From: Candidatus Komeilibacteria bacterium
Lineage (GTDB): Bacteria; Patescibacteriota; Patescibacteriia; UBA1558
Direction of reading: 5' to 3'
Length of the DNA: 64,000 bases
Assembly (NCBI GenBank): GCA_048538235.1
Contig: JBLYPX010000001.1
Span: forward strand, 328,013-392,012
Part shown: positions 1-10,470 of the stretch, piece after piece
How the letters are laid out: each line of letters starts with the position of its first letter
Position numbering within the stretch: position 1 is the stretch's first letter
The notes under the pieces: model-generated
What the model saw: the letters and a program-made list of their open reading frames with translations, nothing else
Told to the model about the DNA's origin: nothing
Database searches by the model: none
Translations under genes and position numbers: made by a program

Positions 1-2
1 AG

Positions 3-1322
3 GAAATTATTGCAGTTTCTGCTAAAACAGGAAAGAACGTTGAAAGTATATTAGATGAGATTATAAAGTTAATACCAGCTCCTGAGAATAAAGATGATAA
101 ACCAGTGCAAGGATTAATATTTGATTCTCTTTTTGATGATTACAGAGGAGTTATTGTTTTTGTAAGAATGTTTGCTGGTAAAATAAAAAAAGGAGATAAA
201 ATAACTTTCTTAGGAACAGGGGCTGCTACAGAAGTATTAGAGGTGGGATTTTTTAAACCAAACCTTGTTAAACAAGATAATTTAGGATCTGGAGATATTG
301 GTTATGTAGTAACTGGTCTTAAAGAAATATCTCAAGCAAGAGTAGGTGATACAATAACTTTATCTGCAGATAAAGCAGAACCACTTGCCGGGTATAAAGA
401 AATACAGTCTATGGTGTTTGCAGGTTTCTTTTGTAAAGAAGGAGATGATTATCCTAAACTTAGAGCTGCTCTGGAAAAGCTTAAATTAAATGATGCAGCT
501 TTGTCTTATGAGCCAGAAAATTCTCCTGCACTTGGCTTTGGTTTTAGATGTGGCTTTTTAGGCCTTTTACATTTAGAAGTTATTCAAGAAAGATTGTCTC
601 GCGAATTTGATCTAGATTTAATTATTACAGTACCAGCGGTTGCTTACAAAGTAACATTTTCAGATGGCACGGTTGAAACTTTAAACAATCCGCAGGACTT
701 TACAGATTTAACAAAGATTGCAGAAGTAAAGGAGCCAATATTAAAAGCAGATATTGTTTGTCCTCAAGAATATATGGGCAATATTATGCAACTTGTTCAA
801 GATGCTAAAGGCGAATATGTAAATACAGAGTATTTAGATGAAAAAAGAGTAGTGCTGCATTATAAAATGCCACTAGCTTCTATGCTTTCAGATTTCTATT
901 CAAGTTTAAAGAGTGTTAGTTCTGGTTATGCGTCTTTAAACTATAATTTAGTTGGCTATGAACCAGTTAGAGTTGTTAAATTAGATATCCTTATTGCTGA
1001 AGATAAAGTTGAAGCTATGAGTTCTATGGTTTATGAAGAGGATGCGTATAGAGTAGCAAGAGCAATTGTTAAAAGATTAAAAGAAGTAATACCAAAACAA
1101 CAGTTTCAATTAAAGATTCAAGCTGCTATTGGTAGTAAAGTCATTGCTTCTGAGAGATTGTCTGCTCTAAGAAAAGATGTGACTGCTAAATTGTATGGAG
1201 GAGATGTAACTAGAAAGAGAAAGCTACTCGAAAAACAGAAAAAAGGTAAGAAAAAAATGGCTAAGTTTGGTAAGGTAGATATACCTAATGAAGCCTTTTT
1301 AGCCATTCTTAAAAAAGACTAG
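3..1322 (+). CDS. lepA: Elongation factor 4 (LepA), C-terminal part; 5' end lies outside the window
   Basis: Translation continues from the window edge in the same frame as ORF 105..1322. LepA-specific C-terminal domain sequence (YKVTFSDGTVETLNNPQDF..., KQKKGKKKMAKFGKVDIP). Confidence 0.88.
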   Translation, partial: EIIAVSAKTGKNVESILDEIIKLIPAPENKDDKPVQGLIFDSLFDDYRGVIVFVRMFAGKIKKGDKITFLGTGAATEVLEVGFFKPNLVKQDNLGSGDIGYVVTGLKEISQARVGDTITLSADKAEPLAGYKEIQSMVFAGFFCKEGDDYPKLRAALEKLKLNDAALSYEPENSPALGFGFRCGFLGLLHLEVIQERLSREFDLDLIITVPAVAYKVTFSDGTVETLNNPQDFTDLTKIAEVKEPILKADIVCPQEYMGNIMQLVQDAKGEYVNTEYLDEKRVVLHYKMPLASMLSDFYSSLKSVSSGYASLNYNLVGYEPVRVVKLDILIAEDKVEAMSSMVYEEDAYRVARAIVKRLKEVIPKQQFQLKIQAAIGSKVIASERLSALRKDVTAKLYGGDVTRKRKLLEKQKKGKKKMAKFGKVDIPNEAFLAILKKD

Positions 1323-1449
1323 TTTAGTAGTAGAGAAAGCCTAGTGTCCAGATAACCATAGATAGTATGATTATACTAGCCGCTACTGCCCAAAAGATTT
1401 TTTGTGTTCTTCTTTTCATAGTTTATTAATATTTTGCTATAATTAGTAT

Positions 1450-1854
1450 ATGAGTCAAGGTGGTATTAAAAGTTTCTATTATTCCAAGTATTTCTTACTA
1501 ATTATATTTGTAATTATTATATTTTTTTTATTCTCAGCTGTTAAAGATTATTATTCACAGGAAGATCTTAGAGAAGATATTAGTACCTTAGATTCACAGA
1601 TTAATGACTTACAAGCGCAGCAAACAGATTTGATTGCTACTCTAGCTCAAGTACAAAGTGAAGACTTTGTGGAAACAGAGGCTAGAACAAGACTTAATCT
1701 TCGTAAACCGGGTGAAAAGGTAATTATTGTATCTAGTGATGAGGATGTACAAAGATTAAATGACCAAGCTGGAGATAAGGGCATTAAAGATTTACTAGAA
1801 GAGCCAGATACTAATTCTAGTAAATGGTGGTCATATTTTTTTCCAGATTTTTAA
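1450..1854 (+). CDS. ftsB: Septum formation initiator (FtsB/DivIC-like) protein
   Basis: N-terminal TM helix, then a coiled coil and the ARTRLNLRKPGEKVIIV motif typical of FtsB/DivIC. Confidence 0.55.
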   Translation: MSQGGIKSFYYSKYFLLIIFVIIIFFLFSAVKDYYSQEDLREDISTLDSQINDLQAQQTDLIATLAQVQSEDFVETEARTRLNLRKPGEKVIIVSSDEDVQRLNDQAGDKGIKDLLEEPDTNSSKWWSYFFPDF

Positions 1855-1855
1855 T

Positions 1856-1931
1856 TGGAGCCAATGGGGGGAATCGAACCCACGACCTTTCCCTTACGAA
1901 GGGACTGCTCTACCAACTGAGCTACATTGGC
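1856..1931 (-). tRNA. tRNA-Thr (anticodon CGT)
   Basis: Reverse complement GCCAATGTAGCTCAGTTGGTAGAGCAGTCCCTTCGTAAGGGAAAGGTCGTGGGTTCGATTCC...ATTGGCTCCA. Cloverleaf with 7-bp acceptor stem, anticodon loop TTCGTAA, encoded CCA. Confidence 0.85.
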
Positions 1932-2005
1932 TGGAGCGGGTAACGGGAATCGAACCCGTACTTCATCCTTGGGAAGGATACGTTCTACCACTAAACCATA
2001 CCCGC
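1932..2005 (-). tRNA. tRNA-Gly (anticodon CCC)
   Basis: Reverse complement GCGGGTATGGTTTAGTGGTAGAACGTATCCTTCCCAAGGATGAAGTACGGGTTCGATTCCCGTTACCCGCTCCA. Anticodon loop TTCCCAA, encoded CCA. Confidence 0.85.
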
Positions 2006-2041
2006 AGAAAGCTTTTAGAATTATATTATATATACTATTAA

Positions 2042-3121
2042 ATGAAAAGCATAAAGAAAACATATAGCCTAATAATAATGACTATTTTTTTTATTGCTCC
2101 ATTTTTTTCATTAATTGGAGCAGAGGAGTATAGTCATTATTTTTATGCAGAGGATATTGCAGATGGTGCATATTTGGGCAGTTTAGATGATCAATTTCAT
2201 GTTTCTTTTCCAGCAGATACATATAATAAAGGATTGTCTGTATATATTAACGAATCAAGTGTAGACAATATGCCAGTTGCTAATATTGGTAATGTTTATT
2301 CATACTATATATTATCTTCACAAAAACCTGCTAAAGAATTTGAATTAGCTATTAGATTTACATCTGATTCAATTCAAGCAAAACATATTTGGCTTTATGA
2401 TTACAAAGCAAATGTTTGGGAAAAGCTTTTAACCAGAGTTGATCAACCAGGTAGATTAGCTATTGCTACAACAGATAAGCACTATGGTAAAGTAATATTA
2501 TCTGAAGATGAGCCTGTTAGTATTGAAGCAGGGGAGGAAGTATTAAGTTTTGACAATATGTTTAGTATTAATATGGAAGCAGATGGTGTTATAGATATTG
2601 AAAGCTATAACATGAATATGTATTCAGAAGAGTTACCTAGAGTTTCTTCTATTTACCAGTATGATATGCACCTTGCTCATATTTTAGAAGATCCTATTCG
2701 ATTAGTCTTTAATTATGAGGTTAAAGATTGGAAAATGCCTACGGTATATTATTGGGATAAATCTGAAGTTAAGTGGCAGGAATTAATAACTACGGCAGAT
2801 TTAGATAAGAATGAGATTTATGCAAGTACTGTATTACCATATTCTCGAGTAGCTTTGTTTATGAAGCCAGATGTATGGGCTGGAGAAGCTAGTTGGTATA
2901 AGTATAAAGACTGCGATTGTGCGGCTTCTAGAGACTATCCTAAGGGTGCAGAGCTTAAAATTACACACTTAAGCAGTGGTAAAACAGAAGTTATTAAGGT
3001 TAATGACTATGGACCTGAGCTATGGACTCATCGTATAATAGATTTAGACGCAACTGTGTTTAAAAAATTAATTAGTTTAGGTGCTGGCGTTACTGATGTC
3101 AGAGTAGAGTTAGTTAAATGA
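2042..3121 (+). CDS. Secreted protein with C-terminal RlpA-like double-psi beta-barrel domain
   Basis: Signal peptide. C-terminal ASWYKYK...VIKVNDYGP...RIIDLDATVFKKL resembles the RlpA/DPBB motif (VRVNDRGP...RIIDLS). Confidence 0.55.
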   Translation: MKSIKKTYSLIIMTIFFIAPFFSLIGAEEYSHYFYAEDIADGAYLGSLDDQFHVSFPADTYNKGLSVYINESSVDNMPVANIGNVYSYYILSSQKPAKEFELAIRFTSDSIQAKHIWLYDYKANVWEKLLTRVDQPGRLAIATTDKHYGKVILSEDEPVSIEAGEEVLSFDNMFSINMEADGVIDIESYNMNMYSEELPRVSSIYQYDMHLAHILEDPIRLVFNYEVKDWKMPTVYYWDKSEVKWQELITTADLDKNEIYASTVLPYSRVALFMKPDVWAGEASWYKYKDCDCAASRDYPKGAELKITHLSSGKTEVIKVNDYGPELWTHRIIDLDATVFKKLISLGAGVTDVRVELVK

Positions 3122-3795
3122 TTACAATAAAAAAAATTACAAAACAATATGGTAATTACACAGCACTAGATGATGTTTCTTTGCATATAGCATCTGGTGA
3201 ATTTGTGTCACTTGTTGGTCAATCTGGTACTGGTAAGACAACTCTTGTTAAATTAATAATTGCTGAAGAAAGACCAAATAAGGGGGATATAATAATTGGT
3301 GGTTGGGATATAACCGCTATTAAGTCATATGAAGTGCCATATTTAAGAAGACAGATTGGGGTTATTTTTCAGGACTTTAAATTATTACCTAAAAAGACAG
3401 TTTATGAGAATGTTGCTTTTGCACTAGAGTCGTGTGGTTCAGCTTCTGCTTCAATTGTAAAAACAGTACCGCAGGTCCTAAAGATTGTAGGGCTTGAGAA
3501 TAAAATGGATCATTACCCATGGCAATTATCTGGTGGTGAAAAACAAAGAGTAGCAATAGCTAGAGCATTGGTACATAAACCAAAGTTATTAATAGCAGAT
3601 GAGCCTACTGGTAATTTGGACTCTATTAATACTAAAGAAATTATAGATTTATTAATAAAGATTAATGAGATAGGTACAACCGTATTATTAGTAACTCACA
3701 ATAGAGATGTGGTTAATAGTTTAAGAAGAAGGGTTATAACTATTGAAGATGGTAAAATTATTTCCGACCAAGCTAAAGGTCGTTATGTATTATAA
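3118..3795 (+). CDS. ftsE: Cell-division ABC transporter ATP-binding protein FtsE
   Basis: Walker A GQSGTGKTT, signature LSGGEKQRVAIARAL, Walker B LLIADEPTGNLD. 4-nt overlap with the preceding gene and ftsX immediately downstream. Confidence 0.85.
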   Translation: MITIKKITKQYGNYTALDDVSLHIASGEFVSLVGQSGTGKTTLVKLIIAEERPNKGDIIIGGWDITAIKSYEVPYLRRQIGVIFQDFKLLPKKTVYENVAFALESCGSASASIVKTVPQVLKIVGLENKMDHYPWQLSGGEKQRVAIARALVHKPKLLIADEPTGNLDSINTKEIIDLLIKINEIGTTVLLVTHNRDVVNSLRRRVITIEDGKIISDQAKGRYVL

Positions 3796-3797
3796 TT

Positions 3798-4721
3798 ATG
3801 TTTTTTTTAGATTTATTTAGATCATTCAAGTTTGCATTACAATCGCTATGGCGAAATTTTTGGCTTACTATTGTAACCATAATAATAGTAACCCTTGCTA
3901 TGGCTTCTGTTAGCTTTCTTTTAGTATTTAATTTAGTTGCTAATAATGTAGTAGATACTGTTAAAGATAAGTCAGAGATATATATAGATTTAACAGAAGA
4001 TGCTAAACAAGCTCAGGTAGAGTTTTTAGTAACCGAACTTAATAAACTGGAAGATATACGAGAGGTAATATATATAACCCCATCAGAAACACTTGAAAGA
4101 TTTAAAGAAGAACATGCTAATGATGAAGTAATAATGGCTTCCCTTGAAAGTTTGTCTGCAAATCCTTTTACCGGTAGTTTAAAAATATCTGTTAAAGACA
4201 TTTCTAAATTTGATGCCCTGCTGACTGAGCTTTCCAGAGATGAGTACGGTCAAATATTAGAAATAAATAATTCAGAGTTTTTTGAAGCAAAAGATTTATT
4301 AAATGTAATTTCAGATTATTCAAAGAAAGTAGAGAAACTTGGTTTTGGAATTAGTATGTTTTTCATAATAATAAGTATTATAGTTGTATTTAATACTATT
4401 CAAATGGGTATATATTCACATCGTGAAGAAATAGGTATTATGAAACTCGTTGGTGCTTCAAATTGGTTTGTTAGATCCCCATTTATTATTGAAAGTATTC
4501 TATATAGTATATTCTCAGTTATTCTAATGATCCTAATCTTTTATCCGATTGCTATCTATGTTCAACCGCATGTAGATAATTTCTTAGGTGAATATACAAC
4601 AGATTTAATAGCATCAGTTTCTAGTAACTTTTTGTGGGTATTTGGATTAGAAATCGGTATTGCAATCTTAATCACAGTTTTATCCAGCCTATTTGCAACT
4701 AGAAGATATTTAGACGAATAA
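3798..4721 (+). CDS. ftsX: Cell-division permease FtsX
   Basis: One N-terminal TM helix, a large periplasmic domain and three C-terminal TM helices. Directly follows ftsE. Confidence 0.8.
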   Translation: MFFLDLFRSFKFALQSLWRNFWLTIVTIIIVTLAMASVSFLLVFNLVANNVVDTVKDKSEIYIDLTEDAKQAQVEFLVTELNKLEDIREVIYITPSETLERFKEEHANDEVIMASLESLSANPFTGSLKISVKDISKFDALLTELSRDEYGQILEINNSEFFEAKDLLNVISDYSKKVEKLGFGISMFFIIISIIVVFNTIQMGIYSHREEIGIMKLVGASNWFVRSPFIIESILYSIFSVILMILIFYPIAIYVQPHVDNFLGEYTTDLIASVSSNFLWVFGLEIGIAILITVLSSLFATRRYLDE

Positions 4722-4732
4722 ATTTAATAATA

Positions 4733-4766
4733 CAAAAACACCTAATTAGTAATTAGGTGTTTTTTA
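4733..4766. terminator. Bidirectional intrinsic terminator (ftsX / rpmA)
   Basis: Perfect hairpin ACACCTAATT-AGT-AATTAGGTGT flanked by an A-run and a T-run. Confidence 0.75.
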
Positions 4767-4775
4767 TATAATATA

Positions 4776-5048
4776 TTATTTTACATCAACAAAAGTTGTT
4801 GTCTGTAGACGACCGTCGTATTTCTTTATTTTACGTTGTCTGAAACTAATTACACCAGTAGATGTTGCCATCAAAGTGTCGTCTTTAGTCATTTTAACGT
4901 TTTCACCAGCTCTGAATTTACTACCTCTTTGTCTTACAATGATATTTCCTGACTTTGCTTGTTGTCCAGCATAAAGCTTTACACCTAAGCGCTGTGCATT
5001 TGAGTCTTTCAGATTGGACGCTGATCCGCCTGCTTTCTTATGTGCCAT
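4776..5048 (-). CDS. rpmA: 50S ribosomal protein L27
   Basis: [24 protein letters not shown]... Confidence 0.92.
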   Translation of the reverse strand: MAHKKAGGSASNLKDSNAQRLGVKLYAGQQAKSGNIIVRQRGSKFRAGENVKMTKDDTLMATSTGVISFRQRKIKKYDGRLQTTTFVDVK

Positions 5049-5170
5049 AGATGTTTAATTAATAATCTAATAATGCCACAATATGATAATATATAATCTA
5101 AAATTAGTCAATAGTAGTATTATTAGCTAGATTTCTATCCCTAATGAAATAATGGTATAATATATCCAAT

Positions 5171-5401
5171 ATGAAGAATATTTTAAAGAAAATAGAGAAA
5201 GAATTAGATGTAATTAGACCTTTTCTAGAAGGTCATGGTGGGGGAGTAGAAATTGATCATTTAGATGATCAAGGAGTACTTTATGTTAAGTTTAAAGGAG
5301 CGTGTGTTGCTTGTCCTTTATCTACCTTAACTTACCAAAATTTAATTGCCGACAGATTGTCTGTTTTACCTGAAGTTAAAGAGGTTAAGTTAATAGCTTA
5401 G
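5171..5401 (+). CDS. NifU/Nfu-type Fe-S cluster scaffold domain protein
   Basis: CxxC motif GACVACPLS in a Nfu C-terminal domain-like sequence. Directly upstream of a cysteine desulfurase gene. Confidence 0.75.
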   Translation: MKNILKKIEKELDVIRPFLEGHGGGVEIDHLDDQGVLYVKFKGACVACPLSTLTYQNLIADRLSVLPEVKEVKLIA

Positions 5402-5402
5402 T

Positions 5403-6584
5403 ATGTCAAAGTATATATATTTAGATCATGCAGCTGCAACTCCAGCTCACAAGTCTGTAATTAAAGCAATGAAACCATATTGGAATAAACAGTATGGTAA
5501 TTCTTCTTCTACACATCAATATGGTCAAAGAGCTAGTGCTGCTATTACAAAAGTGAGAAAAGAAATAGCAGACTTTTTTTATTGCACTCCAGAAGAGATA
5601 ATATTTACATCAGGAGCTACTGAATCTAATAATACAGCTATTAAAGGTGTAATGAGATTTTATGGAAAAAGATTTGCAAACAAAGGTAATAAATCTAAAC
5701 CACACATGATACTGTCTGCTATTGAACACCCTTCAGTTATAGAAACAGCTCTAGCTCTTGAAAGAGAGAATTATGAGATAAGTATTGTAAAACCAAATAA
5801 GGATGGTGAAATGGAAGTTAAAGATATTATTAAAGAGATAAAAGATAATACTGTTTTAATATCTATGATGTATGTAAATAATGAAACGGGTATTATTCAA
5901 CCGTCTCAAGAATTAGGTAAGAAATTATTGGAAATAAACAAGGATAGAGAGGATAGAATATATTACCATATAGATGCAGTTCAAGGATTTAGTTATTTAA
6001 ATTGTAGACCTGATCATTTAAAGGCAGATTTAATGTCATTTTCAGGTCACAAAATATATGGACCCAAAGGTATTGGTATTTTATATATTAGAGATAAGAC
6101 ACCACTTTTTAGATTAATGGATGGTGGTCATCAAGAAAGAGCAATAAGAGGAGGCACAAATAATACAACCGGAATTATTGGTCTTGGCCAAGCTATTAAA
6201 TTACATATTAAGAATACAGATAAGGATATACAACATATAAGAATGTTAGCAGACTGTTTGTATGCAGAATTAAAAAGTATTCCAAATTTAAGATTTAATA
6301 GTTCAGATAAATCTATACCAGGTATATTAAATATTGCAATTAAAGATATTGTAGGAAGTGATCTACAAATGAAACTAGATTTAGCTGGCTTTGCAACCTC
6401 AATGGGCGCTGCCTGTGCTTCAGGTTCTGCTCAGCCATCACCTGTACTTATTGCAATGAATCAGTCGGATAAAGAAGCTTCTGAAGGTATTAGAATAAGC
6501 TTAGGTAAACAAAACACTTTGAAAGATATGAAAAAGTTTGTTAAAACATTAGGAGATATTATTAATAATTGGAACAATGAATAA
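5403..6584 (+). CDS. Cysteine desulfurase (class V aminotransferase, NifS/IscS-like)
   Basis: PLP-lysine motif SFSGHKIYGPKGIGILY and class V fold. Paired with the NifU-like gene. Confidence 0.85.
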   Translation: MSKYIYLDHAAATPAHKSVIKAMKPYWNKQYGNSSSTHQYGQRASAAITKVRKEIADFFYCTPEEIIFTSGATESNNTAIKGVMRFYGKRFANKGNKSKPHMILSAIEHPSVIETALALERENYEISIVKPNKDGEMEVKDIIKEIKDNTVLISMMYVNNETGIIQPSQELGKKLLEINKDREDRIYYHIDAVQGFSYLNCRPDHLKADLMSFSGHKIYGPKGIGILYIRDKTPLFRLMDGGHQERAIRGGTNNTTGIIGLGQAIKLHIKNTDKDIQHIRMLADCLYAELKSIPNLRFNSSDKSIPGILNIAIKDIVGSDLQMKLDLAGFATSMGAACASGSAQPSPVLIAMNQSDKEASEGIRISLGKQNTLKDMKKFVKTLGDIINNWNNE

Positions 6585-6915
6585 TATTATTAAACATATT
6601 AGAAGATATTTAGTTAGTTTTATTGCTTTAATTGTAAACATTCTTTTATGGCTATGGCTTGTAATATATATACAACCAAGCACAGATAGTTTAGTTTTAC
6701 ATTACAATATATATTTTGGCATTGATCAGTTAGGTTCAGGCTTAAAACTATATTTAATGCCTTTATTTGGTTTAATAATATTAGCTATTAATTTATTACT
6801 TGTATTATCTGGTCAAGCAGATAAAAAGTTAGCTAATTATTCGTCTTGGATATCTTTAATTGTTCAAGTATTATTAATCGTCTCACTATTATTACTAGTA
6901 ATTAATTATTTTTAA
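6577..6915 (+). CDS. Small integral membrane protein, function unknown
   Basis: Three predicted TM helices. 8-nt overlap with the upstream gene. Confidence 0.45.
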   Translation: MNNIIKHIRRYLVSFIALIVNILLWLWLVIYIQPSTDSLVLHYNIYFGIDQLGSGLKLYLMPLFGLIILAINLLLVLSGQADKKLANYSSWISLIVQVLLIVSLLLLVINYF

Positions 6916-6916
6916 T

Positions 6917-7966
6917 ATGGATCCTATTACATTCGCAGTTACAAAAATATTTCTTCTAGCAGCTATAGCTTTTATTAGCGCTGGCGCAATAACTCCCTTA
7001 ATGACCCATTATTTGTATAAATACAAAATGGGTAAATCTATTCGTACTTCAGAAAAGGCTCCAGTATATTATGAGCATCACAAACAGAAATCTGGTACTC
7101 CTACTATGGGAGGTATTATGATTTGGTTAACTGTTGCTTTACTAGCATTATTAATTGCTTTACTTGCTCAGTTTGGCGGGGAGTTTTTTGAGAAGCTTAA
7201 TTTTTTAACAAGGTCTGAAACATTATTACCACTAGGTGCTTTAATTGCAGCAGCCTTGGTTGGTTTATTTGATGATTATTTAAATGTTCGTGGTATTGGA
7301 CTACATGGTGGAGGATTAAGAGTAAAACATAAATTATTAATATATTGTTTAATTGCTTTAATAGGAGCACTTTGGTTTTACTTTAAACTAGATTGGGATT
7401 TACTATATATTCCTTTTTTTGGTAATTTTGAAATTGGTTTGTGGTATATACCATTTTTTATTCTTGTTATTGTAGCAGCAGCTTTTTCTATGAATGAGGC
7501 AGATGGTTTAGATGGACTTGCTGGTGGTATGGTAGCAATAAACTTTTTAACAATTGGTGCTATTGCTTTTCTACAAGCTAGATATGATTTAGCTAGTTTT
7601 TGCGCGGTCATAGTTGGTGCATTGCTTGCTTTTCTTTGGTTTAATATTCCGCCCGCTAGATTTTTTATGGGAGATACAGGATCAATGGGTCTAGGCGTTA
7701 CTTTAGGAATTGTAGCTATGCTAACAAATACAGCTTTTCTATTACCAATAATAGGGATAGTATTTGTAATTGAATCATTGTCAGTAATAATTCAAGTTTT
7801 ATCTAAAAAGATTAGAAAGAAAAAAGTGTTTTTATCTGCACCTTGGCACCATCATTTAGAAGCTAAAGGTTGGCCAGAGTCTAAGATTGTAATGCGTTTA
7901 TGGGTTATTACAACACTATTTTCATTAATGGGTTTTGTAATATATATGGTAGATAAATATGTTTAA
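6917..7966 (+). CDS. mraY: Phospho-N-acetylmuramoyl-pentapeptide transferase MraY
   Basis: Polytopic membrane protein with DDxxN (DDYLNV) and NEADGLDGLAGG motifs. Confidence 0.9.
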   Translation: MDPITFAVTKIFLLAAIAFISAGAITPLMTHYLYKYKMGKSIRTSEKAPVYYEHHKQKSGTPTMGGIMIWLTVALLALLIALLAQFGGEFFEKLNFLTRSETLLPLGALIAAALVGLFDDYLNVRGIGLHGGGLRVKHKLLIYCLIALIGALWFYFKLDWDLLYIPFFGNFEIGLWYIPFFILVIVAAAFSMNEADGLDGLAGGMVAINFLTIGAIAFLQARYDLASFCAVIVGALLAFLWFNIPPARFFMGDTGSMGLGVTLGIVAMLTNTAFLLPIIGIVFVIESLSVIIQVLSKKIRKKKVFLSAPWHHHLEAKGWPESKIVMRLWVITTLFSLMGFVIYMVDKYV

Positions 7967-9311
7967 TTTAAAAGAAAAAAAAGTAGTTGTAATGGGATTA
8001 GGCCTGCACGGTGGTGGGGTAGGAGTTGCTATTTGGGCTGCAAAGCATGGAGCTAAGGTATTAGTAACAGATATGAAAAGCAGAGCAGAGCTTAAAGATT
8101 CTCTTTTACAATTAAAGAAGTTTAAAAATATCCAGTACAGATTAGGAAAGCATGTAGATAAAGATTTTCAGAATGTAGACATTGTAGTAGCAAATCCAAT
8201 TGTTAGAAAAGATAATAAATACTTAAAAATTGCACGTAAGAACGGTGCTTTAATTTACAACGATGTTTCTTTATTCATGGATCTTTGCCCTTGTAGGGTT
8301 ATTGGTATAACAGGAACAAAAGGTAAGAGTACAACTTCTGCTTTACTTTATCATTTAGTAAAGAATAAAAATGTATATTTGGGCGGTAATATTCGTATTA
8401 GCCCTTTTACTTTTTTAGATAAGTTAAAAAAGAATGATTGGGTAATATTGGAAATGTCTAGCTGGCAATGTGAAGGTCTTAGCTCTATTAAAAAGAGTCC
8501 ACATATTTCTGTATTAACTAATTTAGGTATTGATCATTTAAATACGTATAAATCATTTGCAGAGTATGCTAAAGCAAAAGCTTTAGTGTTTAAATACCAA
8601 GATAAGAATGATTATGCTGTTTTAAACAAACAAGATGATTATACAAAGAAATTAATTAAGAATATTAAAGCAAAGAAAAGTTATTTTAATATTAAAGGTA
8701 AATCTGGGAACTATTTTTTAAATAATTATATTTATTACAATAATACAAAATTAATATCTGCAGATAATATTAAACTAATAGGTTTACATAATATTACAAA
8801 TATATTAACTGTTTTAGAAGTGTGTAGTATTTTAAAGTTAAGTGCTGTTAAAGTTAAAAAAGGTCTAGCTAGTTTTAAGGGCTTAAGCGGTAGAATGGAA
8901 TTTGTTAAAAATATTAAAGGCGTAAAGTATATTAATGATACAACAGCCACTGCTCCCATAGCTGCCATCTCATCAATAAATTCATTAGATAGACCTATTA
9001 TATTAATAGCTGGTGGTAATGATAAAAAGTTAGACATTGAAAATTTTGCCAGTACTATTATTAATAAAATAGTTTCAGTAATACTATTACCAGGCACAGC
9101 TACAGATAAACTGGTCAGTATTTTTAAAAAGAAGAAGTTTGTAGATTATATTCTTGTTAATTCAATGCCAGAAGCTGTAAAGACTGCAAAAGATAAAGCA
9201 AGATATGGGGATATAGTATTATTATCTCCTGGCGCTACATCATTTGGATCTTTTGTTAATGAATTCGATAGAGGGGATCAATTTATTAAAGCAGTAAAAA
9301 AATTAAAATAA
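7959..9311 (+). CDS. murD: UDP-N-acetylmuramoylalanine--D-glutamate ligase MurD
   Basis: N-terminal Rossmann GLGLHGGG and Mur ligase P-loop GITGTKGKSTT. Confidence 0.88.
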   Translation: MFNLKEKKVVVMGLGLHGGGVGVAIWAAKHGAKVLVTDMKSRAELKDSLLQLKKFKNIQYRLGKHVDKDFQNVDIVVANPIVRKDNKYLKIARKNGALIYNDVSLFMDLCPCRVIGITGTKGKSTTSALLYHLVKNKNVYLGGNIRISPFTFLDKLKKNDWVILEMSSWQCEGLSSIKKSPHISVLTNLGIDHLNTYKSFAEYAKAKALVFKYQDKNDYAVLNKQDDYTKKLIKNIKAKKSYFNIKGKSGNYFLNNYIYYNNTKLISADNIKLIGLHNITNILTVLEVCSILKLSAVKVKKGLASFKGLSGRMEFVKNIKGVKYINDTTATAPIAAISSINSLDRPIILIAGGNDKKLDIENFASTIINKIVSVILLPGTATDKLVSIFKKKKFVDYILVNSMPEAVKTAKDKARYGDIVLLSPGATSFGSFVNEFDRGDQFIKAVKKLK

Positions 9312-10469
9312 ATGGCTAAATCTTTAGGAAATAGAATAGTTAATTGGATTAAGATACCTTTTACAACAGATAGATATTCTCATGCACCAGATTATGTATT
9401 ACTAGGCACTATTGGTATTTTATTAGTCTTTGGTATTTTAATGTTATCTTCAGCTAGTACAGTTGTTGCTTACCAATCATATGGAGATAGTTATCATTTT
9501 GTTAAGCATCAATTATTCTATGGTGTTATTCCTGGCATACTACTATTTTTATTAGCTATCAGACTACCCTATGCATTATGGAAGAAATTAGCTTTTTGGA
9601 TGCTAGTTATTTCTATTGTTTTGCTTGTCTTAGTATTAATACCAGGCATTGGTTTAACAATAAATGGTGCATCTAGATGGATAGATTTAAAGTTTTTTGC
9701 TTTTCAACCATCAGAGATTGTTAAGATAACCTTTTTAATATATTTAGCAACCTGGTTGGCTAAGAAAGGATCGCATGGTATTTCAGATGTGGAATACGGC
9801 ACTATTCCTTTTTTATCTATTATTGGAATAGTTACAGTATTATTTTTAAAACAACCAGACCTTGGTACATTGTTAGTTATTTTAGCAATGTCCTTTTTAA
9901 TATATTTTATAGCTGGAGCTCCGTGGAAACACATTATGTCTATTATTGGTGTGGGCGCTTTACTCCTTTTAATTTTAATTATGTCTAGTCCATACAGAGC
10001 AGAACGTTTAAAAACATTTTTAGGTGGTGGCGATGAATTAGGACAAGGTTATCATATACAACAAGCAAAAATTGCTATTGGAGCTGGTGGATTCTTTGGT
10101 TTAGGACTTGGCAGATCACAACAAAAGTTTAGATATTTACCGGAAGTTGAAGGAGATAGCATCTTTGCTATTATTTCTGAAGAGCTTGGTTTTATCTTTG
10201 GTGTTGCTGTAATACTTGCCTTTGTTTTAATAATGATAAGAGGATTTAAAATAGCTAGAGGTAGTCCAGATGAATTTGGTAAATTATTAGCAGCTGGTAT
10301 TACCATTTGGTTTGTTATTCAAGCAATGATGAATTTAGGTGCAATGGTGGGTCTTATACCATTGACAGGAATCACTTTACCGTTTATAAGTTATGGAGGC
10401 TCATCCTTAGCAATTTCATTATTTGCAGTAGGATTATTACTAAATATTTCAAGGTATACAAAGAATTAA
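9312..10469 (+). CDS. ftsW: SEDS-family peptidoglycan polymerase FtsW/RodA
   Basis: Ten-TM SEDS-family topology. Sits between murD and murG. Confidence 0.85.
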   Translation: MAKSLGNRIVNWIKIPFTTDRYSHAPDYVLLGTIGILLVFGILMLSSASTVVAYQSYGDSYHFVKHQLFYGVIPGILLFLLAIRLPYALWKKLAFWMLVISIVLLVLVLIPGIGLTINGASRWIDLKFFAFQPSEIVKITFLIYLATWLAKKGSHGISDVEYGTIPFLSIIGIVTVLFLKQPDLGTLLVILAMSFLIYFIAGAPWKHIMSIIGVGALLLLILIMSSPYRAERLKTFLGGGDELGQGYHIQQAKIAIGAGGFFGLGLGRSQQKFRYLPEVEGDSIFAIISEELGFIFGVAVILAFVLIMIRGFKIARGSPDEFGKLLAAGITIWFVIQAMMNLGAMVGLIPLTGITLPFISYGGSSLAISLFAVGLLLNISRYTKN

Positions 10470-10470
10470 T

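Noticed and set aside
1118-1306. 62-aa antisense ORF inside lepA
   Set aside because: Embedded antisense in a well-supported gene, with no SD.
1851-2063. 70-aa ORF on the minus strand
   Set aside because: It lies entirely over the two tRNA genes (Thr, Gly), so it is a spurious frame.
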